Positions 37,953-47,722 of a DNA stretch of 64,000 bases are shown one piece after another (position 1 is the stretch's first letter; each line of letters begins with the position of its first letter). Origin of the DNA: Promethearchaeota archaeon (lineage in GTDB: Archaea; Asgardarchaeota; Thorarchaeia; Thorarchaeales; Thorarchaeaceae); the NCBI GenBank assembly GCA_048939765.1, contig JBHLPF010000017.1:10742-74741 (forward strand), given 5' to 3'. The notes beneath the pieces were generated by a model. It did not search any database, was not told the origin of the DNA, and saw only the letters and a program-made list of their open reading frames with translations. The translations under genes were made by a program, and so were the position numbers.

Positions 37953-39041
37953 GTGGGAGACGTTCGCATAGCGATTGCAGGACTTGGGAACTGTGCATCT
38001 GCATTGATCCAAGGAGTGCATTATTACAAAGACGCAAAGGCTGAGGATGAAGTACCAGGTCTGATGCATGTTGATTTCGGAGGATACTTCCCCAAAGATT
38101 TGAAGTTCGTGGCTGCTTTTGAAGCCAATAGGAGAAAAATCGGAAAGGACATCGCAGACGCAATATGGGAGGAGCCAAACTGCTGTGTGCCCTTCTATCG
38201 TGATGTCCCAAAGACAGGTGTAGAAGTCCTGCCAGGACCGATATCAGATGGAGTAGCCCCACATATGAGAGAATCGTTCTTCGCCTATGACGAGAACGAA
38301 ACGGAACCTGTCAATGTTGCAGAGGAACTTAGAAAGTCAAAGGCAGATATGTTAGTTTCATATCTTCCTGTCGGTAGTGCAGAAGCTGCAAGAATCTACG
38401 CAGATGCGGCGATTGAAGCGGAAGTCGGTTTCATAAATGCATTTCCTGAATTCATCGTTTCAGATCCGAATAGCCCCCATGCTCAAGCCTTTGAAAAGAA
38501 AGGAATTCCTGCTGCAGGAGATGATATTAAGAGCCAGCTTGGCGCCACTATTCTGCACCGCGTTCTAGCTCAACTCTTTGATAAGAGGGGTTTAATCCTC
38601 CAAAACACATACCAGCTGAACATAGGCGGAAACACAGACTTTGAAAATATGCAGGTCGAGAACAGACTTCAATCCAAGAGAATCAGTAAGACCGAGGCAG
38701 TCACAAGTTGCGTTGAGTATGAACTACCTACAAAGATTGGGCCCAGTGACTATGTCCCGTTCCTTGAGGACAACAAGGTGTGCTACATCAGCATGCGTTC
38801 CAAGGCTTTTGGAGACCTGCCAATTGATCTCAGTCTGAAACTGTCTGTTCAAGATTCACCCAATTCAGCCGGTGTAATAATTGACGTTGCCAGGGCTGTC
38901 AAGATCGCTCTGGACCGTGGTATTGGCGGCGAACTTTCGAGCATTTGCTCCTATAGCTTCAAACACCCAAGGTACCAGATAGATGATTTTGAAGCAAGAA
39001 AGCGTGTCGATGAGTTCATCGAAGGAAAGCGCGAGAGATAG
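37953..39041 (+). CDS. ino1: myo-inositol-1-phosphate synthase
   Basis: AGLGNCASALIQG, YLPVGS, GDDIKSQLGAT, QLNIGGNTDF, KRISKT, DSPNSAG; GTG start at 37953 assumed. Confidence 0.96.
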   Translation: MGDVRIAIAGLGNCASALIQGVHYYKDAKAEDEVPGLMHVDFGGYFPKDLKFVAAFEANRRKIGKDIADAIWEEPNCCVPFYRDVPKTGVEVLPGPISDGVAPHMRESFFAYDENETEPVNVAEELRKSKADMLVSYLPVGSAEAARIYADAAIEAEVGFINAFPEFIVSDPNSPHAQAFEKKGIPAAGDDIKSQLGATILHRVLAQLFDKRGLILQNTYQLNIGGNTDFENMQVENRLQSKRISKTEAVTSCVEYELPTKIGPSDYVPFLEDNKVCYISMRSKAFGDLPIDLSLKLSVQDSPNSAGVIIDVARAVKIALDRGIGGELSSICSYSFKHPRYQIDDFEARKRVDEFIEGKRER

Positions 39042-39062
39042 AACACATGGATGATGGAATCC

Positions 39063-39094
39063 ATCTGGTCCAGCCTTCGCATACTGGACCAGAT
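39063..39094. terminator. 11-bp perfect inverted repeat between convergent genes
   Basis: ATCTGGTCCAG-N10-CTGGACCAGAT between the ino1 and M42 peptidase stops. Confidence 0.5.
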
Positions 39095-39108
39095 ATCTCT
39101 TCTAGAAA

Positions 39109-40251
39109 CTAGAGCTCAGTGAAGCTCTTGACAGTCTTTTCATCGAGCCTCTTTATCACTTCAACTAGAAGACCTATGGCATTCTCGACATCTGACAGGT
39201 CAATCATTCCATGATGCGAATGAACATGTCTCGTTGGAATCCCGATAAACAGTGAAGGAGCGCCCATTCCCGTGATGTGGATAACTCCAGCATCAGTTCC
39301 TCCGAACTTCAGAAATGCTGGTTGATGTCTGAAACCCTTCTCCTCTGCGATATCCAGGACGAACTGACGGAATTTCGGATTTGGGATCATTGATCCATCT
39401 CCAGCTGAGATTGATACACCTTTACCCATCTTTTGAACAAGGCCCTTGACTCCAGGCACATCACCCGAAATATCGACATCAAGTGCAAATCCTATATCTG
39501 GTAGAAGCATCTGTGCAGCTGTTCTGGCACCTCTCAATCCAAGCTCCTCTTGCGTCGTGGATACTGCATAGATGATGTTTGGATGCGAGATGTTCTCCTC
39601 AGACAGTCTTCTCAGTACTTCTAGTGCAATAAAGACACCAATCCGATCGTCGAATGCTTTTGAAACCGCTAGCGTGACGTCTCTGACTTCTTCTTCCGCA
39701 TCTTTATCGTCTTCGTTCTTCTTCTCTTTCCGGGTTCGCTCCATTATCCTAAAAATGGAGTTTGGTACAGCGGGGTCGCCAACTCGAATTCCTAACTCCT
39801 TCACCTCTTTCGGCGAGTTGCACCCGACGTCAATGAACATCTTCTCCTTTGTAACCACCTTGGAACGTTCTTCAGGGCTCAGTACATGGGGAGGAGGAGC
39901 TCCGATAACACCAATAATCTTCTCAGTTCCGCGAGAGGGTTTGATTATGACTTCTTGTGTGAGAAGCGTCTGGTCCCACCAACCGCCTAGTTGATGAAAA
40001 CGGAGATATCCATTCTTTTCGATTTCAGTTATCACAAAACCGATTTCGTCTACATGCCCTGCAAGCATGAGTTTTGGTCCTTTGTCCCCTCTGCGGAACA
40101 CAACCGAGCCCATTCGGTCATAAAGGACCTCATCTGCGTACTTGGCCCCATGGTCTCTAGCAATCTTCTGCGCCTCATGTTCATGACCGCTAGGCCCGAA
40201 TGAATTGCATAAGGCTTCTAGGAGTTTGACATCAATCTTCTTTCCTGCCAT
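39109..40251 (-). CDS. M42 family (TET) aminopeptidase
   Basis: GPSGHE, AGHVDEIG, KAFDDRIG, QEELGLRGA, GGTDAG, RHVHS. Confidence 0.95.
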   Translation of the reverse strand: MAGKKIDVKLLEALCNSFGPSGHEHEAQKIARDHGAKYADEVLYDRMGSVVFRRGDKGPKLMLAGHVDEIGFVITEIEKNGYLRFHQLGGWWDQTLLTQEVIIKPSRGTEKIIGVIGAPPPHVLSPEERSKVVTKEKMFIDVGCNSPKEVKELGIRVGDPAVPNSIFRIMERTRKEKKNEDDKDAEEEVRDVTLAVSKAFDDRIGVFIALEVLRRLSEENISHPNIIYAVSTTQEELGLRGARTAAQMLLPDIGFALDVDISGDVPGVKGLVQKMGKGVSISAGDGSMIPNPKFRQFVLDIAEEKGFRHQPAFLKFGGTDAGVIHITGMGAPSLFIGIPTRHVHSHHGMIDLSDVENAIGLLVEVIKRLDEKTVKSFTEL

Positions 40252-40346
40252 TGAACTCACTTCAGAGTAGTTTCTGTAGAATGATGCTCCAGGGATTCAA
40301 ATCAGGTAAAGTAGTTTCGGTCCAGGCAGGAGAGATGATGTACTTG

Positions 40347-40883
40347 CTAAATGCTCGATTTTGCAAGCAGGCTGAATGCTTCTTCCACGTTTTGGCCACT
40401 CAATGCGCTGGTCTCCAGGTAGGCCACCAGATTATATTCTTGAGCAAACTCCATACCCATCTCAGTGGTGATAACACGCTCATGTTCAAGATCAACCTTG
40501 TTGGCAAGGAGGATTATAGGAATCCGTTCGCCCAAGGCATTCTCTGTTTCTTCTATCCATTTGGGAAGCTCAATGTATGTGCTTTTTCTGGTGGTGTCAA
40601 AAACTAGCAGGGCACCTTTCGACCCTCTATAGTAGCTCCCACGAATGAAATCGAATCGCTGCTGTCCAGCTAAGTCCCAGACCAAGAGTTTGACTACGAC
40701 AGAGTTTCCATTATTATCCGGCACCGCCACAGTCTTCACTGCAAACTGGGAACCGATGGTTACTATATACTGCTCCGAAAACTTCTGCGTAAGGAACCGA
40801 TTTACAAGTGCGGTCTTGCCACTGCCACCGGCTCCTATCATGACAACCTTACGCATGAAATCAAATTCCGCAGCTTTAGCCAA
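40347..40883 (-). CDS. Rab-like small GTPase, without a C-terminal prenylation Cys motif
   Basis: GAGGSGKT, TIGSQF, WDLAGQQRF, YYRGS, ANKVD, ETSA. Confidence 0.93.
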   Translation of the reverse strand: MAKAAEFDFMRKVVMIGAGGSGKTALVNRFLTQKFSEQYIVTIGSQFAVKTVAVPDNNGNSVVVKLLVWDLAGQQRFDFIRGSYYRGSKGALLVFDTTRKSTYIELPKWIEETENALGERIPIILLANKVDLEHERVITTEMGMEFAQEYNLVAYLETSALSGQNVEEAFSLLAKSSI

Positions 40884-41114
40884 GTCGGTCCCTCGTGAAA
40901 TCCATTATGCTCGTTCATATCTCAGCAGTGCACAATGCTGGAATCAATGAGAGCTGGGTTTGACCATATTTAGCCTTTTATGGCATTTAATGGAGTGGCA
41001 AACTCATTCTCACATCAAAATAGGTTGGCGCCCTATTCATAGTTTCGCGTCTGAGTCTGGAAGAGATTATAACGGGTGTTACCGGGGTCGTACCTGTCGG
41101 GAGGACGACGCAGC

Positions 41115-41300
41115 ATGCGGCTTATCACTGTAAAGATGAGTGAGATTTATGCAGATGGATTGGATAAGCTGGTTGAGATTGGTATGTATCCGTCCAGGAG
41201 CGAAGCAATAAGAGTGGCAATCCGTGATCTGTTGCGCCGAGAGCTGTGGCCGAGAGATGGAGGGCCTCTTTTGATGGATGATGACACCGACTCAGGGTGA
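41115..41300 (+). CDS. Ribbon-helix-helix (CopG family) regulator
   Basis: MRLITVKM...LDKLVEIGMYPSRSEAIRVAIRDLL. Confidence 0.92.
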   Translation: MRLITVKMSEIYADGLDKLVEIGMYPSRSEAIRVAIRDLLRRELWPRDGGPLLMDDDTDSG

Positions 41301-41382
41301 GCTGCATTCCCCCCCAAAACACAAATTAGTATAAATCTGTGAACCAAATCATATAGAGCGTACAATCGGAGGTTTCACGCCA

Positions 41383-41904
41383 TTGAATCTCAGAGTTCTT
41401 TTCAAGAGTATAAAATTCGCTTTCCGCGCCAAGAGACGTGTGTTTACTTTCATTGTAATCTATGCGTTTCTAATTGTGATGGTGTCACGTGGACTGGCCT
41501 CAGGAACAGATCAACTCCTTTGGCTCTTTGCCGCATTTGTGCTGGCAACACTATATGCAGTCCTGATTGCACAGTCCAGAGCAAAGGATATCGCGATTCT
41601 CAAATGTGTTTCATGGAACAACAATGACATATTCCTAATCATGGTCGGAGAAGTGGTTCTTGTATCACTCTCGGCATTCCTATTGGTGTTTCAAATAAGT
41701 GTTGAACTGCTTGGTTTAGTGGCTTATTTCGAACCATTGTTTGACACAGGCTTTCTCGATGGTCTACAAGCATTGCTTGCAGTTCCACTTGGGGACCTCC
41801 TGGTCACTCTATTTGTAATTGTGGTATTGCAGCTACCAGGCCTCTATCTGGCGCAACGAAGAGCCATGATGATTGCACCGATGAGAGCACTAAGGGAGGA
41901 ATGA
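41383..41904 (+). CDS. Minimal FtsX-like ABC permease
   Basis: RAKDIAILKCV, PMRALREE; about four TMs and no large extracellular loop. Confidence 0.8.
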   Translation: MNLRVLFKSIKFAFRAKRRVFTFIVIYAFLIVMVSRGLASGTDQLLWLFAAFVLATLYAVLIAQSRAKDIAILKCVSWNNNDIFLIMVGEVVLVSLSAFLLVFQISVELLGLVAYFEPLFDTGFLDGLQALLAVPLGDLLVTLFVIVVLQLPGLYLAQRRAMMIAPMRALREE

Positions 41905-41906
41905 AA

Positions 41907-42584
41907 ATGGCAAACGCAATAATCCAACTCGAAGATGTAAACAAGGAGTTCGGCAAAGGGAAAAACACTGTCGCTGCGCTGAAAGACATCAATCTTGAGA
42001 TTCAACAAGGCGAGTTCGTAGCTGTGGTGGGACCGTCAGGATGTGGAAAATCCACATTGCTTCATGTTATGGCTGGCCTAGAACAACCGACAACCGGTAG
42101 AGTTCTCCTAGATGCTGTTGATGTCACTCTAATCAGTGAGAGGGACCTCCCCAAAGTGAGAGCTCAAAAGATAGGATTCGTCTTTCAGGCATTCCTGCTC
42201 ATAGAGGATCTCACCGCATACGAAAATGTTGAGTCAGTCCTCTGGCCAAATGAAGAGCTGACAAAAGAATCCCAAGAGAAGATGGCACTAGAAGTTCTCC
42301 GAGATGTTGACATGCTCGAGAGAAGAGATCACTTTCCGCGTCAGATGAGCGGCGGGGAACAGCAGCGTGTGGCAATTGCGAGAGCTTTAGTAAATAGGCC
42401 TCCAATTCTCTTCTGTGATGAACCCACCGGAAATCTAGACAGCAAGATAGGCGACAGCATCATGAAGGAGATTGCGAACCTTGCCAGAGAAAAGAACATG
42501 ACCGTCGTCTTAGTCACACATAATGAGGACTTGACCAAGTACGCTAAGCGCGTTCTTCGCATGAAGGATGGAGCCATCAGATAG
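41907..42584 (+). CDS. ABC transporter ATP-binding protein (LolD/MacB type)
   Basis: GPSGCGKS, MSGGEQQRVAIARAL, DEPTGNLD, VTHN. Confidence 0.95.
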   Translation: MANAIIQLEDVNKEFGKGKNTVAALKDINLEIQQGEFVAVVGPSGCGKSTLLHVMAGLEQPTTGRVLLDAVDVTLISERDLPKVRAQKIGFVFQAFLLIEDLTAYENVESVLWPNEELTKESQEKMALEVLRDVDMLERRDHFPRQMSGGEQQRVAIARALVNRPPILFCDEPTGNLDSKIGDSIMKEIANLAREKNMTVVLVTHNEDLTKYAKRVLRMKDGAIR

Positions 42585-42677
42585 ACCTCACTGATTGAAG
42601 TGCCTTGACCTGGCTGAACCAAAGCTTAAGATGGATAATCAGCCAGGTCTGTACATCTTTTTGGAGCGCAGACGAAA

Positions 42678-43508
42678 ATGCAAAAGGCCAACTGCAGCAA
42701 GCAAGAGGAACTCGCTGAAGAGAAAGCTGCAGATGGATTCAATGAGGAGGCGATGGACCTCTTTGAATCAGCCGCAGAGTGTTGGAGACGCTGGGAGTCA
42801 TTTGCTAGAGCTGCCAACTGCTTCGAACGTGCCTATGAGCACGCAATGCTCGCCCACAGGTATTCAAAGGCTGCTAATGCTATGATTGAAGGAGGGTACT
42901 CGTGGATCAAAGAGGGACATCACGACAAGTTTGAGATTGACTGCCAAATAGCAGCGGAAGCATACATCTTAGCTGCTGAGAATGAAAAGGACCCGTCTTA
43001 TTTTGTGGAGGGCTCATTGTGCGCTATAACCGGCGGTGATATTGAACTGGCAAAACAGCTTATACATGCAGCTGCTGAAACTACGAAGGGACAGATTAGA
43101 GAACTGATTATCTTTGCCTTGATGTTGAGTGAATATGACTTCGGAGATGCAGACCGCTATATTGAAGAAGTCCTCCAAACAGCGGTCGATAGGATGACTG
43201 TCGGTAAGGCGCATCGATACCTCTACTTGATTCTTACAGGTTTCATTCGTACATCATTGGAATCTGAAGCAGCTGTTACAATGACAAGTCTGGTTGAAAG
43301 TACAGGCATGAAAGAGGAGAAACTGGCAAAATTGGTGAGAAAAGGCATTCAGGAAGGATTGATTCCCGCCTACTATGATACGGACTCTAGGGAGCTTGTT
43401 GTAGACACTGACAGATACGATGTTTCTGCACTCGCAGATAGAAAAGGTCCGATCATGAGCCGGGATCTAGATGACCCTGGCGCTTGGGACCTTGATTTGG
43501 AGGAGTGA
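42678..43508 (+). CDS. Alpha-solenoid (SNAP/TPR-like) protein with a C-terminal PCI-like winged helix
   Basis: AMDLFESAAECW/AANCFERA helical repeats; VTMTSLVESTGM...LVRKGIQEGLIPAYYD. Confidence 0.6.
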   Translation: MQKANCSKQEELAEEKAADGFNEEAMDLFESAAECWRRWESFARAANCFERAYEHAMLAHRYSKAANAMIEGGYSWIKEGHHDKFEIDCQIAAEAYILAAENEKDPSYFVEGSLCAITGGDIELAKQLIHAAAETTKGQIRELIIFALMLSEYDFGDADRYIEEVLQTAVDRMTVGKAHRYLYLILTGFIRTSLESEAAVTMTSLVESTGMKEEKLAKLVRKGIQEGLIPAYYDTDSRELVVDTDRYDVSALADRKGPIMSRDLDDPGAWDLDLEE

Positions 43509-43658
43509 CTGCTACTGCAACATCCAATTAACATTGATATTCGAATCATAGCATGATTGAAGCTGCATTCACTGGCTTCGATATCCGAGTCAGCAGCAAA
43601 CGTTTTTAGTACGATTGCAGACTCTCAATCGACGGCCCCCATTGCAAAGGTGGTTTAG

Positions 43659-43880
43659 ATGGCTGAAGGCCTAAAGTGGTTGCAGTGCCCTGTCTGTAAG
43701 AAGACGATTTCTTGGAAGGTTCCAGACCAGGCACTCAAGAAAGTCACACGCTTTCCTGTGGCTATAGTCGTCAAGCACGATGACCACAATTTGGTCTGTT
43801 ATGTTGATAGTCATCTACAACTCGCTGATACTGAGGTTGCAGCAGCCTATGTAGAAGGCAAATCAAAGGATGATGAATGA
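43659..43880 (+). CDS. Small putative Zn-binding protein
   Basis: CPVC plus HDDH; AGGTGG upstream of the ATG. Confidence 0.7.
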   Translation: MAEGLKWLQCPVCKKTISWKVPDQALKKVTRFPVAIVVKHDDHNLVCYVDSHLQLADTEVAAAYVEGKSKDDE

Positions 43881-43896
43881 GCGTCCGAATCTGTTT

Positions 43897-44460
43897 TCAC
43901 TTCAGACCATTATCCATAGCCCATTCAAGCACTCTCGATGCTTGCGCGCTGGCCATGCCCCAATTCATGAGCTTGTCAATCAAGCTGCGGATGCCTGACA
44001 CCCAATCCGAAAGAACATCCTCAATTCTCCCACGCATGCCTGGCTCATGGACCTCTTTAAGAAATGGCAGTAGCTTATCGACCCAAGTCTGAGATAGGAC
44101 TAATAGAGTTTCGAGTCTTGCAATCCACTCTTGTCGTGGCAAGCCGCTGAGAGTCTGAGCAACAGCTAAGTGATAGTCATACTGCGCAGTAATATATCTC
44201 AAGCGCCAGCTAATGACCTCAATCAGAAGTGTGCGATAGTCATTATTCGGTGCAGTTCTGATCAGAAGGGTTAGGAAACGTTCGGACATCTCGTCTGCAG
44301 ACTGACTCGCTTCATAGTATAATGCCATGGCTTGCTGATGCTGCTCATCAGCCAGAAGCTCATCAGCCTCACTCACTGCACTCTTGAAACGTTCAAGCAG
44401 CTGGCGAGTGGTGCTGTCTGAGGGAAGGTCTGCATCATTCTGGTCCAGGTTCACTAACAT
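43897..44460 (-). CDS. All-helical hypothetical protein
   Basis: 187-aa amphipathic-helix ORF with GGTGA upstream. Confidence 0.7.
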   Translation of the reverse strand: MLVNLDQNDADLPSDSTTRQLLERFKSAVSEADELLADEQHQQAMALYYEASQSADEMSERFLTLLIRTAPNNDYRTLLIEVISWRLRYITAQYDYHLAVAQTLSGLPRQEWIARLETLLVLSQTWVDKLLPFLKEVHEPGMRGRIEDVLSDWVSGIRSLIDKLMNWGMASAQASRVLEWAMDNGLK

Positions 44461-44626
44461 TCACCGACTAGCTTAGTGGAATAGCAGGAAACAAACAGGC
44501 AGAAGTGGATGAAATTTGCCTCATCGAGGAAGTCCACACATCAATGTTGTCTTCCAGCGCCAATTTTGTCCATTGGTTCCTTGCATGATTCGCGATTCTT
44601 CAAGCGATAAACGCCCTAAAAGATGT

Positions 44627-45631
44627 CTATGATGTCCTCGCCTTGTCAAGAGCACCGTCTAGCGGCGGAATGTTGCTCTTCTTGTAGTCATCAGAGGCTT
44701 CAGTCCAATGCATAAACTCAGGGGATGGCGGATACTCAGAATAGAGAGAAGGCCTCGTTGATTCCAGACACCGATTCTCGATTGCAAGCGACTCTGCCAC
44801 ACTCACAATATGATTGCCGGCGCTTTCAGCAACCTCCTTGATGGGATGCAGCCAACTTGACCACTTCTTTGATCTCATGAGGTGGTGGTCAACAACGACA
44901 AGTGGAATTCTGGTTGCAAGACTCGTTAGTGATAGAAATGCAGATTGTCTATGGTGTTCCTCGAATTTTCTCAAATAGATAGGCGGCCCACCAACTAGCA
45001 AAATATCAGGAGACGTAGACAGGATATACTTCAAATCCTCTTGAACGACAGGACCCTGAAGGTCAGGAGCAAACGTCACAGAGTGGCCCTCATGTTCGAT
45101 TGAGGTTGCGATTACGTACCCGAGTCTTGTGTCATAGGGTCCATGTGATAGTGGCTTTGAGCAAACAACCTTCGTCGCTCCAAATTCAAAGGTTCTGCCG
45201 TCGCTCCAATTTAGCCTCTCTGAGATTGGTTGAACATCCTTCTCAAAATAGAATCCTCTTCGCCGCTGAGAGGGATTGATATTGTCTCTATTGTCCTTTG
45301 CAAGAATCACCTTCCCATCGAACAGCCTTCGAAGTTCTTCGCGCGAACTCAAGTTGTAGCGGAAATCTGTAAATCCCGGACGAACATGGTCATAATGATA
45401 GTGAGATATTGAAAGGACATCTGCCTTCCTTGACTCCACAAAGATTCTCTCAAGGCTTTTAATGAGTGTTTGATACTCAATGGGATGAGGCTCAAGACGC
45501 TCTCGCATTGCCAGCGCAGCTGAGGGATCAAGCGCCATCGAGATGTCAGGAGTCTTCACCAATGTGCAAAACGACCGCACTCCTAGGCTTTCTGCGGCTA
45601 GGGGCACAACTTCTATTTCGCCAGTTCGCAC
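44627..45631 (-). CDS. UPF0282-family MBL-fold hydrolase
   Basis: AAESLGVRS, ISHYHYDH, SQRRRG, DLQGP, GGPP, VDHHLMR. Confidence 0.9.
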   Translation of the reverse strand: MRTGEIEVVPLAAESLGVRSFCTLVKTPDISMALDPSAALAMRERLEPHPIEYQTLIKSLERIFVESRKADVLSISHYHYDHVRPGFTDFRYNLSSREELRRLFDGKVILAKDNRDNINPSQRRRGFYFEKDVQPISERLNWSDGRTFEFGATKVVCSKPLSHGPYDTRLGYVIATSIEHEGHSVTFAPDLQGPVVQEDLKYILSTSPDILLVGGPPIYLRKFEEHHRQSAFLSLTSLATRIPLVVVDHHLMRSKKWSSWLHPIKEVAESAGNHIVSVAESLAIENRCLESTRPSLYSEYPPSPEFMHWTEASDDYKKSNIPPLDGALDKARTS

Positions 45632-46131
45632 TATGCAGCCTTCCTGTAGTAGTTTAGTGTGTAATCTCCTTTATCATGCTCTAACTCAGCTTCGTATACA
45701 TATGGAGTGTCATTCGCCTCCCTAAAACAGTCAAACATGAACAAATCAGATGGTAGGAATTCGGAACGACGCGCATCAATCTCATCCAAAGTGAAGAGCG
45801 CCAGTTCACCTTCTCTATGCGATTCACTGTAGCTGTCAATCTCACCATAGCCGACGAAAATCAAGAAGTGATTCACGAGCGCACTATCGCTTTGGACTAA
45901 TCTTTCCGAGACAACTCCTCTATACTCGTAGCTGGGGAGGGAGGCTGCACCGGTTTCTTCCAAGACCTCTCGTTTTGCTGCTTCAAGTATATGTTCCCCA
46001 ATTCCTACCTTCCCACCTACTAGGCTCCACAGGTTCTCGTAGGGGTAGTTTGCACGCTTTAGGAAGAGATACCGGTCCTTGTAGCGGAGAATGCTTATCA
46101 CGATTGGAATCATGGAAGTCACCGGGAACAC
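45631..46131 (-). CDS. NUDIX hydrolase
   Basis: Nudix box GGKVGIGEHILEAAKREVLEETG. Confidence 0.92.
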   Translation of the reverse strand: MFPVTSMIPIVISILRYKDRYLFLKRANYPYENLWSLVGGKVGIGEHILEAAKREVLEETGAASLPSYEYRGVVSERLVQSDSALVNHFLIFVGYGEIDSYSESHREGELALFTLDEIDARRSEFLPSDLFMFDCFREANDTPYVYEAELEHDKGDYTLNYYRKAA

Positions 46132-46245
46132 CTCACAGTGTATGTTTTGACAATAGCTATTTCGGCGAGCTCGGCTTTAAACCTAGGGAGTGAAGGAGGC
46201 GAACATTCAAAGCGCTCGCTATCTCTTGGGCTGTAGGTCTTTAGA

Positions 46246-47691
46246 GTGAGCACAATCATCTCCGAAGCAATAGCGGACGAAGTACTGTCGAAGATTATGC
46301 CAACCAAAGAGGAGATTGAGAATCAGGCCACAGTGATTTCAAACCTCAGGAATGCTCTTGAACGATATGCGATTGAGAATGGATTTGCATTTCATTCGAT
46401 CGAGCCTCAAGGCTCGACAGGGGAGAAACAGACGCAACTCAGAGGTGCTTCAGATATAGATCTCTTTGTCATTCTCTCGCAAGACGACTACCCAGAGATA
46501 ATGAGTTGGGATCCAAAGAGAAAAGGAAAGGCCGTAGACAGCCTCATGGACAGCATGGTGGATAACTGGTTCAAACCAGCACTGTCTAGAATCGAAGCTA
46601 GTTCGATTCAGAAAGCGTACTCTCAGCATCCCTATTTGTCCCTTGAGATGATGGGATTTGAAGTCGATATAGTGTCCTGCTTTCTCATTTCTCAGAAAGA
46701 TTTAGAGAGAAACGGGCCAATTACTGCGATGGACAGGACTGTCCATCATTCCAAATATGTATCCAAGAATATAGGATCGCTTCGAAATGATGCTAGGATT
46801 CTGAAGTCATTTGTACGAGCTTGCCACGCTTACGGAGATAGATGTGCTGTCGGACATATGGGATTCACAGGCTATGCCCTAGAGCTTCTTGTCATTTTGA
46901 AGGGAGGAGTTGATGAGGCTATTAGAGCAATTCTTGATCTCGGCACTACTCCTCTGGATCCTTTCCATAGGAGCTTGGCGGACCTCAGAAAGACGCCAGC
47001 CTTCAGAGATGACAGCATATTCATCATAGATCCTACGGACCCGGGCAGGAATGTCGCATCAAGTTTTGACCAGAGATCGTTTCGACTCTTGAAGGTATTA
47101 TCAAGTCAATTAATTGCAGCAGCCAAGGAAGGTAATTCCAGCAAAGTCCAGGAGCTTCTCTTAGAGAAACCAATCCCGACTACTGCGGTGCCAAAATGGT
47201 TTGAAAAACACAGTTCTGTTCGTGAATTCAAATCGGATGGCTCAGTCCACTATACCATCTTGAGAGATAAGATTCATAGTTTCGCAAGAAGAGCCGCTGG
47301 CGAGTTATCCAAAGAGAATACGGGAGAACCGCGATTTGGCGAAATACTCACCGAGGTATACTTTGAAGGATCTTCATACGCTGTTGGATTCATAATTGAG
47401 AAGCCCGAAATACCGGAGAAGTACGATAGAAAAGGCCCGCCGATATCGATGAGAGATGCCTCAGGCAGCTTCCGTCAGGCACATCCAGATGCCGTTGAGA
47501 GAGATGGACATCTTTGGATAGAAGAGACACGTATGTGGACCTCTGGAGAGGATTATGTTGAATCCCTTATGGAGAGTGTTGCTATCAGTGGCCTTGCACT
47601 GACAATCAAAACTGAAACCTCTTCCAAGCTGTTGAATATCATGATGGACTGGGTGCTTCTCGCTGAGCCCGACTATCCTTCATTGAAGTGA
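46246..47691 (+). CDS. cca: Archaeal (class I) CCA-adding enzyme
   Basis: GS...TQLRGASDIDLF, HPY, VDIV, TAMDRT, GFTGYALELL, IIDPTDPGRNVAS, GPP. Confidence 0.9.
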   Translation: MSTIISEAIADEVLSKIMPTKEEIENQATVISNLRNALERYAIENGFAFHSIEPQGSTGEKQTQLRGASDIDLFVILSQDDYPEIMSWDPKRKGKAVDSLMDSMVDNWFKPALSRIEASSIQKAYSQHPYLSLEMMGFEVDIVSCFLISQKDLERNGPITAMDRTVHHSKYVSKNIGSLRNDARILKSFVRACHAYGDRCAVGHMGFTGYALELLVILKGGVDEAIRAILDLGTTPLDPFHRSLADLRKTPAFRDDSIFIIDPTDPGRNVASSFDQRSFRLLKVLSSQLIAAAKEGNSSKVQELLLEKPIPTTAVPKWFEKHSSVREFKSDGSVHYTILRDKIHSFARRAAGELSKENTGEPRFGEILTEVYFEGSSYAVGFIIEKPEIPEKYDRKGPPISMRDASGSFRQAHPDAVERDGHLWIEETRMWTSGEDYVESLMESVAISGLALTIKTETSSKLLNIMMDWVLLAEPDYPSLK

Positions 47692-47722
47692 AAGAGTTTA
47701 AGGAGACCCTTGTTCTTTCTAA

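Noticed and set aside
44470-44600. Possible structured leader (GAUGAGG/UUUCAUC, GUGGA/UCCAC)
   Set aside because: Helices are short and within chance expectation
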